Of a stretch of 64,000 nt of DNA, positions 54,512 through 63,477 are shown piece by piece. Below the pieces are notes generated by a model. It worked only from the letters and a program-made list of their open reading frames with translations. It was not told the DNA's origin and ran no database searches. The stretch comes from Planctomycetota bacterium. Lineage in GTDB: Bacteria > Planctomycetota > SZUA-567 > H5-PLA8. A program made the translations under genes and the position numbers. The DNA is taken from positions 1-64,000 of the forward strand of contig JBBRPR010000037.1 in NCBI GenBank assembly GCA_038227875.1. The letters run 5' to 3'. Position 1 is the stretch's first letter. Each line of letters begins with the position of its first letter.

Positions 54512-55927
54512 ATGAATCCCAAGAGCCAAGAGCCAAAAGCCAAGAGCCTGCTCGTCCTCAACGTCGTCGGCCTGACGCGCGAGTTGCTCAACCGTTTCCC
54601 GCAACGCGCGAAGAATCTCGTCACGTTCGGCAGCGAGGGCAGCTCGTGCACGCTCGGCACGGTCTTCCCGGCTGTCACCTGCACAGCGCAGGCCAGCATC
54701 CTCACGGGGCTGCTGCCGCGTGAGCACGGTATCGTCGCCAACGGCTGGTACTTTCGAGAACTCGCCGAAATCCATTTCTGGAAGCAATCCAACGCGCTCG
54801 TTAATGGTGAGAAACTCTGGGACGCAGCACGTAAACAGAGCGGCGGCGATTTCAAATCGGCACAGTTGTTCTGGTGGTACAATATGTATTCCACCAACGA
54901 CATCGCCGTCACGCCGCGCCCGGCGCATCTGGCCGATGGCTCGCTGATTTCGCTCACCTACACGCAGCCGCCGGAACTTGCATTGCAACTCGACGACGAA
55001 CTCAGCCGCTTCCCGCTCTTCAAATTCTGGGGCCCCGATGCGGGCTTGGGTTCCAGCGAGTGGATCGCCCGCTGCGCCGAATCCGTGCAGCGACGCTACG
55101 CGCCGGGGCTCACGCTCGTCTACCTGCCGCACCTCGACTACAACCTGCAGCGCGTCGGCCCGGATGATCCGAGCATCGCCGACGATCTGGAAGCAATCGA
55201 TCTCGTCGCCGGAAAACTGATCGACGCCGCCCGCGCGCGCGGCCAGGACATCGCGGTCCTGAGCGAATACGGCATGACGCAAGTCGACGGCGCGATCGAC
55301 ATCAACCGCGTGCTGCGCCGCGCCGGTTTCTTGAAAGTCCAGCAGCAAGCGACGTGGGAGCTGCTCGACTGCGGTGCCTGCCGCGCGTTTGCCGTCAGCG
55401 ATCATCAGGCCGCGCATGTGTACGTCAAAGATCCCGCCGATCTCTCCGCCGTCAAAGCGCTGCTCCAGAAAACGCCGGGCATCGAACGCGTCCTTGATGC
55501 GGCCGGCATTCGCGAACTCGGCATCGATCATCCCCGTTCGGGAGAACTGATCGCGATCAGCGCCGCGGACAAATGGTTCACCTATTATTATTGGGAAGAT
55601 GACGCCAAATGCCCGCCGTGGGCGCACGAAGTCGACATCCACAACAAGCCCGGCTACGACCCGGTCGAACTGTTTCTCGACCCGAAAGCGCATCTGGTCA
55701 TCCCGCGCATCCTGTGGCGCTTGGGCAAACGCAAGCTCGGCTTCCGCGCGACGATCATGGATTTCATCCCCTTCGATTCGTCGCTGATCCGCGGCAGCCA
55801 CGGCCGCCTCACCGATCATACCGACCAGGGCCCGCTGCTGATGCTCTCCCGCAAAAACGTCCCGCTGCCAGAGCATCTCCCCGTGACGGAAGTCAAAGCG
55901 CTGCTGCTGAAACTCCTGCGGGAGTAA
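54512..55927 (+). CDS. eboF: alkaline phosphatase / nucleotide pyrophosphatase family protein EboF
   Basis: LNVVGL, PAVTCTAQ, HGIVANGWY, YLPHLDY, LSEYG, DIHNKPGYDP, GSHG. Confidence 0.9.
   Translation: MNPKSQEPKAKSLLVLNVVGLTRELLNRFPQRAKNLVTFGSEGSSCTLGTVFPAVTCTAQASILTGLLPREHGIVANGWYFRELAEIHFWKQSNALVNGEKLWDAARKQSGGDFKSAQLFWWYNMYSTNDIAVTPRPAHLADGSLISLTYTQPPELALQLDDELSRFPLFKFWGPDAGLGSSEWIARCAESVQRRYAPGLTLVYLPHLDYNLQRVGPDDPSIADDLEAIDLVAGKLIDAARARGQDIAVLSEYGMTQVDGAIDINRVLRRAGFLKVQQQATWELLDCGACRAFAVSDHQAAHVYVKDPADLSAVKALLQKTPGIERVLDAAGIRELGIDHPRSGELIAISAADKWFTYYYWEDDAKCPPWAHEVDIHNKPGYDPVELFLDPKAHLVIPRILWRLGKRKLGFRATIMDFIPFDSSLIRGSHGRLTDHTDQGPLLMLSRKNVPLPEHLPVTEVKALLLKLLRE
54519..54548. repeat. heptamer array (CCAAGAG)n at the eboF 5' end
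   Basis: CCAAGAG CCAAGAG CCAAAAG CCAAGAG. Confidence 0.85.
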
Positions 55928-56064
55928 TTTCGCCTCTGGGGGGCTCCTCCAAGCGGGCCGCCCGGACTACACACTGCACGGTAACCCGCGATGACCTGAC
56001 ATGGCACTAAGCGGTTGAAGCGAATATGCTTCGAGTCACGTTTTGTCTGGGGAGAGCCGTTCGT

Positions 56065-57966
56065 ATGACCGTCCGCCGTGCCGCCCTTTACGCCGCTCTA
56101 CTGCTCTGCCTTTCCGCCGTCGGCCGGTCCGCGTTTGCCGCGGCCACGCAGGCGGTCGCTTTTCAGGGGAAAGTCTACGACGTCACGTTCCTCACCCCGG
56201 ATGTCAAAGTCCCCCTTTTCGGCACCAACGACCTCATTTTTTATCAGGACATCAGCGGCAACCGCTACCTGATGCTTCCCACCGACCAGAATCTGCGCGG
56301 CGACTATGATATCAACGCGCAGCGCTTTTACATTCTGCAGCAGCAGAGTCTCAATAATTTCAACATCAACAGCTACGACCGCATCGACGCCACGGTGATG
56401 GATCTGAACGCGCAGTTCATCAACTCCACCACCCTTTCACCGCTGACTCCGTATACGACCTACGCCACGCCCATCCCGGTCAATGAACTCTCGCAGGACG
56501 TCTGCATCGTCGACAATTTCTTCATGGGCCTGCGCACCGACGGGCCGACCACCGCCACCACCGCCACCACCGACGAACATCTGTTCACGATCACCCGCGT
56601 TTCCAACTCCACCGTTCAAGCCACGATCAATCCCAACCTCCACAATTCCACGGCACCCTTCATCGTTTACGATCCCAACAACGTCACGTATCTGACGATT
56701 CAGCGCACGCTCGATTCCAATCCGGCTGTAAACACCGACACGCGCCACCGCATCAGTTCTTTCAATCTCTCCGATGGCTCCCTCAACAGCATCATCAATC
56801 TCGATGGGCTCGACGTTTCGCTGGGCTTCAGCGGGAACACGGCCGGCATGACCATCGATCCCTCGACGGGCGTCATCTACCTGCTCGATGCCGGGTCGTC
56901 GACGCCCGCCATCCCACGCAAGATTTTCACATTTACCCCGCGTGTCCCGCGCATCACGTCTGTCTCGCCGTCGAAGGGTACGTTCAAGGGCGGCACCGCG
57001 GTCACCGTCAACGGCGTCAATCTACCGGCGGATGCCCAAGTCTTCTTCGATGGCATCCTGGCCTCGAACATCGTCGTGAATTCCACGATCAGCATCAGCT
57101 GCACCACTCCGGCGCACGCACAGGGCGCCGTCGACGTCGTCGTCACCGGCACGGGTATCAACACGCAACTCACCCTCGCCAAGGCGTTCACCTACATCAA
57201 TCAACCGCCCTCCGCGGCACTCTCCGCGTCGCCGACGTCCGGCCCGCCCCCGCTGACGGTCAGCTTCAACATCGGCGCGTCGACGGATCTCGATGGCTCG
57301 CTCACCCAGCGCGTGATCACTTTCGGCGACGGCCAGTCGTTCACGTTCTCGTCGGACCAGAGCGTCGTGGACACCACGCACATCTACCTGGCCAACGGCA
57401 CGTACACCGCGACGCTTACAGTCACCGACGATCTCGGCGCGACCGGCACCGCGACGCAGACAATCATCGTCGGCACCGGCGGCGACGACATCTCCGACAA
57501 CAATCTCGTCCTGCGCCAACTGTCCTTTACGCTCAACGGCGGCTCGAAAGACAGTGTGAAAATCCGCGCGGAATTCATCCTTCCCACCGACGTACCGCTT
57601 GGCAGCGCCATGGTTGATATCGGTGTAAGCGGCGGCCAGCCCGGCGGTGTGGTCTTCTCCAACACGCTCAATTCCAGCGGCAATAAGGTCGTCGGCTTCC
57701 CCAAGTTCTCGCTGAAGCTTTTGAACAAGCGCGGCTTCGATCCACAGACCTACACGCTCTCGTTCTCGAAGAACAACACGAGCATCAAGGACGACCTGAC
57801 CGCCTCCGGCTTGAATCTAACGTCCAGTAATCTGGCCACGCTGACGGTTTACGTGCGGATCACCACCGAACAGGGCCGCGAGATCACCCACACCAAGCCC
57901 AGTGCGGTGGTCTCCGTCAAAGCCGGCCGCAACTCGAAGTCATCAGTGAAGCTGACGCGCAATTAG
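56065..57966 (+). CDS. secreted protein with IPT/TIG and PKD domains
   Basis: Signal peptide; PRITSVSP..G...GGTAVTVNG; NQPPSA..PLTVSF..FGDG..HIY..GTYTATLTVTDD. Confidence 0.88.
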   Translation: MTVRRAALYAALLLCLSAVGRSAFAAATQAVAFQGKVYDVTFLTPDVKVPLFGTNDLIFYQDISGNRYLMLPTDQNLRGDYDINAQRFYILQQQSLNNFNINSYDRIDATVMDLNAQFINSTTLSPLTPYTTYATPIPVNELSQDVCIVDNFFMGLRTDGPTTATTATTDEHLFTITRVSNSTVQATINPNLHNSTAPFIVYDPNNVTYLTIQRTLDSNPAVNTDTRHRISSFNLSDGSLNSIINLDGLDVSLGFSGNTAGMTIDPSTGVIYLLDAGSSTPAIPRKIFTFTPRVPRITSVSPSKGTFKGGTAVTVNGVNLPADAQVFFDGILASNIVVNSTISISCTTPAHAQGAVDVVVTGTGINTQLTLAKAFTYINQPPSAALSASPTSGPPPLTVSFNIGASTDLDGSLTQRVITFGDGQSFTFSSDQSVVDTTHIYLANGTYTATLTVTDDLGATGTATQTIIVGTGGDDISDNNLVLRQLSFTLNGGSKDSVKIRAEFILPTDVPLGSAMVDIGVSGGQPGGVVFSNTLNSSGNKVVGFPKFSLKLLNKRGFDPQTYTLSFSKNNTSIKDDLTASGLNLTSSNLATLTVYVRITTEQGREITHTKPSAVVSVKAGRNSKSSVKLTRN

Positions 57967-57975
57967 CGAAGTGCG

Positions 57976-60894
57976 CTAATTGTACGTGTAGATGTTGCTG
58001 GCGGAAGTTCCCGTTCCACCGGCCGTGGTGACCGTAACATTCACCGCACCAATGGCGTGAGCTCCGGTGACGCACGTGATCGTGGTGGAGTTGACCACTA
58101 CGAGAGACGTCACCGCCACGCCGCCAATTTTCGCTGACGTCGCGCCGAGAAAATTCGTGCCCGTGAGGGTCACGGACGTCCCGCCCAGATGCGTGCCGAG
58201 CGCCGGCGCGATGCCGGTCACGGTAGGCGCGATCACGCCGCCATCGGTGATCGTCCAGCTGCGTCCCGTCACCAGCGTGGTGTTGCGCCCTACGTAAGCG
58301 GTGTCGTCGTAGGTGCTCGTGCCGCCGCTGAAGGTGACCGTCGTGTTCGTGTTGGCCGCGATCGCGCCCGCACCGTTGGCGAGCTGATTGAGGATCGCAT
58401 CGTATGCGGACGTGGACATCTTCCACCCATTGAAACAATTCGTTCCGTTGGTCATGGCGTGCATGTCCAGCGCGGGGAAGTTGTACGCGTTGAGTCCTGT
58501 GCAACCGCTCCACGTACTGGTGAAATTGGTTCCAGCACCCGTCAGCACGGCGTTGAAACTGGTCAGGGCCGTGCAATTGAGCCACGCTGAACTGAAGTTG
58601 GTTCCCACGCTCAGATTCAGCGCGGGAAAAGTCGTCAGGTGGTTACAGCCGCTCCACGTCGACGTAAAATTCTGGCCGGCGGTCATGGTCAGACTCGGGA
58701 ACGCCGTCAACCCGGTGCAGCCATTCCATGCGTTGGTAAAGTCTGTGCCGCCGCTGGTGTTGATGACGGTCATCGGCGTCAGCGCCGTGCAACCCTGGAA
58801 GGCCGAGGTCCAATCCCTGACCGCAGAGGTCGCGGCGGTGGCGCTGTCGGTGGCGGTGATCTTCAACGCAGTGCAGCCGTAGAACGCGGAGTTGAACGTG
58901 CTCCACGTATTGACGCCCCACTGCGCGATCGCGGTCACCTGAGTCTTGCTGCCGCCATTGTTGAACTTCATCGTGGGGAAGCCGCCGACCGCGTTTTCCA
59001 GAACTTGGACGGTGTACGTGGCATTCGCCGGATAGCTGTGCGCGATTGGCGAATTGCTGGTGATCGCCTGCCAGTTTGCGGTATCGCCCCAATTAACCCA
59101 GGCGTTGTAGGTCGAAACTCCGTCGAGCGGGAGCGTGAACGACATGCCGACGCCGGAAGTCACCGTCAGTTTGAGCGCCAGGGTCCCGGTTCCGCCGTCG
59201 GTAATAGTCCAGGCGCGCCCGCCGTTGCCCGTGGTATTCGTAAGCAGCGTGTGCGCGGCGATGGCTGAAGCATCATACGTGGCCGTGCCGCCGTGGAACG
59301 TGACGCTGGTATGCGTGTTCGCTGCGATGGCGCCCGCACCGTTCGCGAGCTGATTGAGCATCGCATCGTAGGCCGTCGTGGACATTTTCCAGCCGTTAAA
59401 GCAGGTCGTGCCGACGGTCATGTCATGCATGTCCATCGTTGGGAAATTGTAATTAGTCAAGCCGGTGCAACCGTTCCACGCGCTGGTGAAATTCTGCCCG
59501 CTGCTCGTGCTGACCGCCCCGAAGCTGGTCATCAGGTTGCAGCCCTGCCAGGCACTGCTGAAGATTGTTCCCGCGCTCAAATTCAGCGCCGGGAAGCTCG
59601 TCAGATGCGTGCAGTTCTGCCAGGTGCCGCTGAAATTGGTGCCACCGCTGAGCGTGCTGCCGGCCGGGAAACTGGTCAGCGCCGTGCAGTTCTGCCAGGT
59701 CGCGACGAAAGTGCTGGCGTTGGTGTTGGCCGTGAGCGTGCCAAAACTTGTCAGGCCCGTGCACCCGCTCCAGGCATTGTTGAACCGCACGCCGAGGGGC
59801 ACGTTCAGCGCCGGGAAAGTGGTGAGACCCGTACAGCCCTGCCATGCTCCCAGTCCCGATCCGTCGGCCTGAAAGTCGACCACGTTCGGACAGGTAATCG
59901 CAGGAAAACTGGTCAGGCCCGAACAGACCGACCAGGCCGCGCCGAAAATGACCGCGGACGAAAAATCCGTCGACGCAAAAGTCGTCAACAAATTATCGCC
60001 GACCCACGCGTATTGAAAATCCGTGCCCTTGCTGAAATCCAGAGCGGGAAAAACTCCCGTCAGATGCGGACACGAATTCCAGCACGAATGAAACGTCAAA
60101 CCCTTGCTGGTATTGATCAGAGGAAAACTGGTCAGCGCCGTATTGCTGTACCACGTTTCCCAGAACGACTGAACGTTGGCCGTATTCAATGCCGGAAAGC
60201 TCGTCAGTCCCGTGCACTGAGCCCACGTGTCCATAAAAATGATGGCCGACGACGTATCGATCGCCGGAAAACTCGTCAGCGCCGAACACGCGCGAAACGC
60301 GCCTTGAAAGTCCGTCACGCCCCGCGTCAGCGGCAAATCCGTCGCCGGCATCGTCATGTTTGAGCAGCCGTAAAACGACTGGCTCATCGAGACCCACACG
60401 TTCGTGCCCCACTGCGTTAAGGACAACACCTTCTTGCAATCTCCGCCGCCGTTGAAGTTCAGCGTCGGAAATCCATTGGGCGAACGTTCGGTGATCTTGA
60501 CCGTGTAAGCGCCGCCGGCCGCGTAAACGTGCGTGACGTTGGGAAACCCCGCGACCGCGTTGTTCACGATTTGAACCGCGCCATCGCCCCAATCCACGCT
60601 GCAATCGTACGTAAATGCATAGGTCGGCGAGTACGCGAGATTGGTGCCCGTTACCACGGCCGTGCCTACGTTCTGTGCATACACGCCGGTGTAGCCTCCA
60701 TTGAGCGGCAGCACGAACGTATTCGCGGCCGATCCGGGTTTGGTTGTGTCGACCGTCAGCGTCAACGGCTTCGCCGGATTCGCCGCCTGCAGAATCGCCG
60801 CCAGTTCGTTCGGCTTGACACCGTTCAACGGCTGCGGCTCAGTGGGAAGCCCTGCGAGCAGCGCGACGGCCAGGAGGAGGACCTTGATTTCCAT
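57976..60894 (-). CDS. BspA/DUF285-like repeat surface protein with PKD-like and C-terminal IPT/TIG domains
   Basis: Many W..CT.LTSFP..... repeats of about 23 aa, VDWGDG, QWG, APTVTGIAP..GGTSVTLTG. Confidence 0.85.
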   Translation of the reverse strand: MEIKVLLLAVALLAGLPTEPQPLNGVKPNELAAILQAANPAKPLTLTVDTTKPGSAANTFVLPLNGGYTGVYAQNVGTAVVTGTNLAYSPTYAFTYDCSVDWGDGAVQIVNNAVAGFPNVTHVYAAGGAYTVKITERSPNGFPTLNFNGGGDCKKVLSLTQWGTNVWVSMSQSFYGCSNMTMPATDLPLTRGVTDFQGAFRACSALTSFPAIDTSSAIIFMDTWAQCTGLTSFPALNTANVQSFWETWYSNTALTSFPLINTSKGLTFHSCWNSCPHLTGVFPALDFSKGTDFQYAWVGDNLLTTFASTDFSSAVIFGAAWSVCSGLTSFPAITCPNVVDFQADGSGLGAWQGCTGLTTFPALNVPLGVRFNNAWSGCTGLTSFGTLTANTNASTFVATWQNCTALTSFPAGSTLSGGTNFSGTWQNCTHLTSFPALNLSAGTIFSSAWQGCNLMTSFGAVSTSSGQNFTSAWNGCTGLTNYNFPTMDMHDMTVGTTCFNGWKMSTTAYDAMLNQLANGAGAIAANTHTSVTFHGGTATYDASAIAAHTLLTNTTGNGGRAWTITDGGTGTLALKLTVTSGVGMSFTLPLDGVSTYNAWVNWGDTANWQAITSNSPIAHSYPANATYTVQVLENAVGGFPTMKFNNGGSKTQVTAIAQWGVNTWSTFNSAFYGCTALKITATDSATAATSAVRDWTSAFQGCTALTPMTVINTSGGTDFTNAWNGCTGLTAFPSLTMTAGQNFTSTWSGCNHLTTFPALNLSVGTNFSSAWLNCTALTSFNAVLTGAGTNFTSTWSGCTGLNAYNFPALDMHAMTNGTNCFNGWKMSTSAYDAILNQLANGAGAIAANTNTTVTFSGGTSTYDDTAYVGRNTTLVTGRSWTITDGGVIAPTVTGIAPALGTHLGGTSVTLTGTNFLGATSAKIGGVAVTSLVVVNSTTITCVTGAHAIGAVNVTVTTAGGTGTSASNIYTYN

Positions 60895-60896
60895 GA

Positions 60897-62471
60897 TCAC
60901 GGTTTTCCCCCGACCACGTCGTATGTGTCGACGCCAGTCTGAACCAGCGCACACCACGGATTGACCTGGCCGCTGACGCGAACATCGTTAACCGTGGCGC
61001 CCGCGCCTGCGACAAACGCACACGAACCTTTCGACGCCAGACCAAATCCGTTCGGCATACCCGTGTTCACCGTAAAGGACGGGGACGCGGTGCAAATCAA
61101 CGTCGCGGCGTCATCGGTCGCGACCAGCGCGCGACCGGCGCTTTCGGCGCTCACCACTCCAACGCCAAGATTGGTCAGAGCCGCCGGAGCGGTCGTCGCT
61201 CCCGTTCCGCCGTTGGCAACCGCCACCGCGCCACTCAAATTCGCCGCGGTGAGGTTCGTTAGTCCCGAGCCGCTCCCTGAAATCGTACCCGTCGTGCTGA
61301 TGCTGCTGTTGCTCGCGAGATTCCCACCGGTAATCGTGCCGTTGGCAATCTTCGCGCCGGTAACCGCGCCGGCCGCGATGGAATTGTTGTTCGCCGCGCC
61401 GCCGACGTCGCCGCTCAGCGTCACGCCGCCGGCCACCGCACTGATCTTTCCGTCAGGCGCCACTGAGATCGACGAATTGTCCGCGTAAACAATTCCTGCC
61501 GTCGCAGGCGCCGTCCCCGCGAGCGGAAGACGCGCCACCGGCACCGTGCCTGTAGCGATGTTCGAACCGTTCAACCCAGTCAATCCCGCACCGCTTCCGA
61601 CCAAAGCGCCTTGAGCGTTGATCGCCGTCTTGACCGCGCCCGCGGCATCCTGCCACTGTTGCAGGTCGCCGGTTTGATTGACCGAGTTGGCTTTGACCAC
61701 CAGCCCGGCCGTCGCGTCGCTGCCGGTCAGCACGGTCTGGGTTCCCGTGGTGAAGGTGTTGGGGGAATTCCGCAGCGCAATGTTGGGATTGAGCCGGTTG
61801 ATATTAATGGTGGAACCTGTCGCGCCGTTGTTGATCGCCGCGACAATGCTGTCGCCGGAATTCGCAGCCACACTTTCGGACGCAGGCAGCACCGACCAGA
61901 GCGCTCCGCCGCTTCCATCCGCCAGCAGCGCGAAGTTGGGGGACGATTGGCCGCTGGAAATCTTCAGCGCAGTGACCGCGCCGTCGGCAATCGTCGATGT
62001 CGTGACCGCGCCGTCCGCCAGTTTGTTCGAGGTAACCGCGTTATCCGCAAGCTGCACCGTGCCCACGCCACCCGACGGCGTGCCGATCGAGAACATTCCC
62101 GACGTGGCGGTGAACACACCGTCGGAGACGCGAATCAGGCACGTGTTGGAGGCAGGCAGTCCCACCTGCCACGACAGGGTCGTGCGCTGCGACAATTCTG
62201 TTGCGCCACTATTGATCGTGCCCAACGGCGAAAACGTTTTTCCGCCGTCGCGGCTGAGTGTGACATTGAGAATCTTGATTCGAGACGAAACGCGGACAAC
62301 CTGAGACTGACCGACGACGTAAATTTCTCCACCGGCAGGCGTCGTGAGCGTAACGCGAGCTTGCGCGGCAATCGCTGCCGTGCAGAAACACGACGTGTAG
62401 ATTACGAGACAGAGTCTCAGGATTCGGGACACTGTCCGACGACTGTTATTGCCAAACGGCAGTAGCTGCAT
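60897..62471 (-). CDS. secreted fibre-like protein with phage tail-fibre-type repeats
   Basis: Signal peptide; LADNAVTSNKLADGAVT, GSGAGLTGLN, VANGGTGATTA. Confidence 0.75.
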   Translation of the reverse strand: MQLLPFGNNSRRTVSRILRLCLVIYTSCFCTAAIAAQARVTLTTPAGGEIYVVGQSQVVRVSSRIKILNVTLSRDGGKTFSPLGTINSGATELSQRTTLSWQVGLPASNTCLIRVSDGVFTATSGMFSIGTPSGGVGTVQLADNAVTSNKLADGAVTTSTIADGAVTALKISSGQSSPNFALLADGSGGALWSVLPASESVAANSGDSIVAAINNGATGSTININRLNPNIALRNSPNTFTTGTQTVLTGSDATAGLVVKANSVNQTGDLQQWQDAAGAVKTAINAQGALVGSGAGLTGLNGSNIATGTVPVARLPLAGTAPATAGIVYADNSSISVAPDGKISAVAGGVTLSGDVGGAANNNSIAAGAVTGAKIANGTITGGNLASNSSISTTGTISGSGSGLTNLTAANLSGAVAVANGGTGATTAPAALTNLGVGVVSAESAGRALVATDDAATLICTASPSFTVNTGMPNGFGLASKGSCAFVAGAGATVNDVRVSGQVNPWCALVQTGVDTYDVVGGKP

Positions 62472-62733
62472 TTTTTAGGTCCCCGTTTTAGGGTGGCATC
62501 CAGAAGTTTCCGCCACTCCTGCAATAGAGACTGCAAGTAATGTACCCAAAGTGCAATTTCTGTAAGAAATGCAGCGCACTGACTTTATATAAATATATAA
62601 AGGACGCATACCGACCCGTCTCACGGTAGGAGACCGAACCGCGCCGCCGCCGGTCTCACGGCATTTTTTTCAACACGTGTACTGCGGAGAACATCGACGT
62701 CGGAAAATTTTTTCCGTTCCGAATCAGGACATG

Positions 62734-63024
62734 TCAAGCTTCATCAGAGCCGCGATTTTTTCGCCGCTCAATCAGATACTCACACGCTTCCGCGACATAA
62801 TAAAGGAGCACCAGCAGCCCTGCGCACAGCACCAACACAAATCCAAACGCGACGAGAAGATTCTCGCCGCGCGCCGCCAGCTTTCCGGCAAAGCCGTCGC
62901 GCAAAATCGGCCTGAGATAATTCACCAACGGAAACAACAGTGTGCCGCCCACTCCGACCAGCACCAACGCCGTGCTAAGATGAATCTGGTAAAAGCGCCG
63001 CGTCTTATTTTCGGAATCGTCCAC
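62734..63024 (-). CDS. small membrane protein, RF-x-IHL family
   Basis: RRFYQIHLSTALVL, 2 TM. Confidence 0.65.
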   Translation of the reverse strand: MDDSENKTRRFYQIHLSTALVLVGVGGTLLFPLVNYLRPILRDGFAGKLAARGENLLVAFGFVLVLCAGLLVLLYYVAEACEYLIERRKNRGSDEA

Positions 63025-63033
63025 GTTCGGTCC

Positions 63034-63288
63034 TCAACTCTCGTCAATTTCCCGGCTCATCCCGACAATCCACCGCCAGACCGCGAACAAGATCACGCCC
63101 AGATAAATGCAGATGAAGAACATGCGCCATCCTTCACGGTTGGATTCCTCAAATCGCCTCACGACCAACGGCATCAACAGTCCGCAGATCAGCATGATGG
63201 CGATCACCGTGCTCAGGCGAAAGTTGAACCGCTCGAGTTTTGAATCCGCTGAACTCTCGGTTGCGTGCGCTTCGGGGTCGTCGCTCAT
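63034..63288 (-). CDS. small membrane protein, RF-x-F-x-LST family
   Basis: RFNFRLSTVIAIM, 2 TM. Confidence 0.6.
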   Translation of the reverse strand: MSDDPEAHATESSADSKLERFNFRLSTVIAIMLICGLLMPLVVRRFEESNREGWRMFFICIYLGVILFAVWRWIVGMSREIDES

Positions 63289-63477
63289 ACGCCACTCCAA
63301 TGTCAAAATTCTCGCATTTGGTACGCCTGCGTAACATCCGATTCCTATTGCCATTTACATCTCCCTACCGGACACTCGCCCGTAAGGTCTCCAGATTTTT
63401 ACCGACATCCGCCCTGCAGTGGAGTACTAAGTACAACGTTTAGTTACACGGTGCTCGCATTCGAGGTACTTTCGACC

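Noticed and set aside
57976..62471. Prophage
   Set aside because: No capsid, terminase, portal or lysis genes; the proteins have signal peptides
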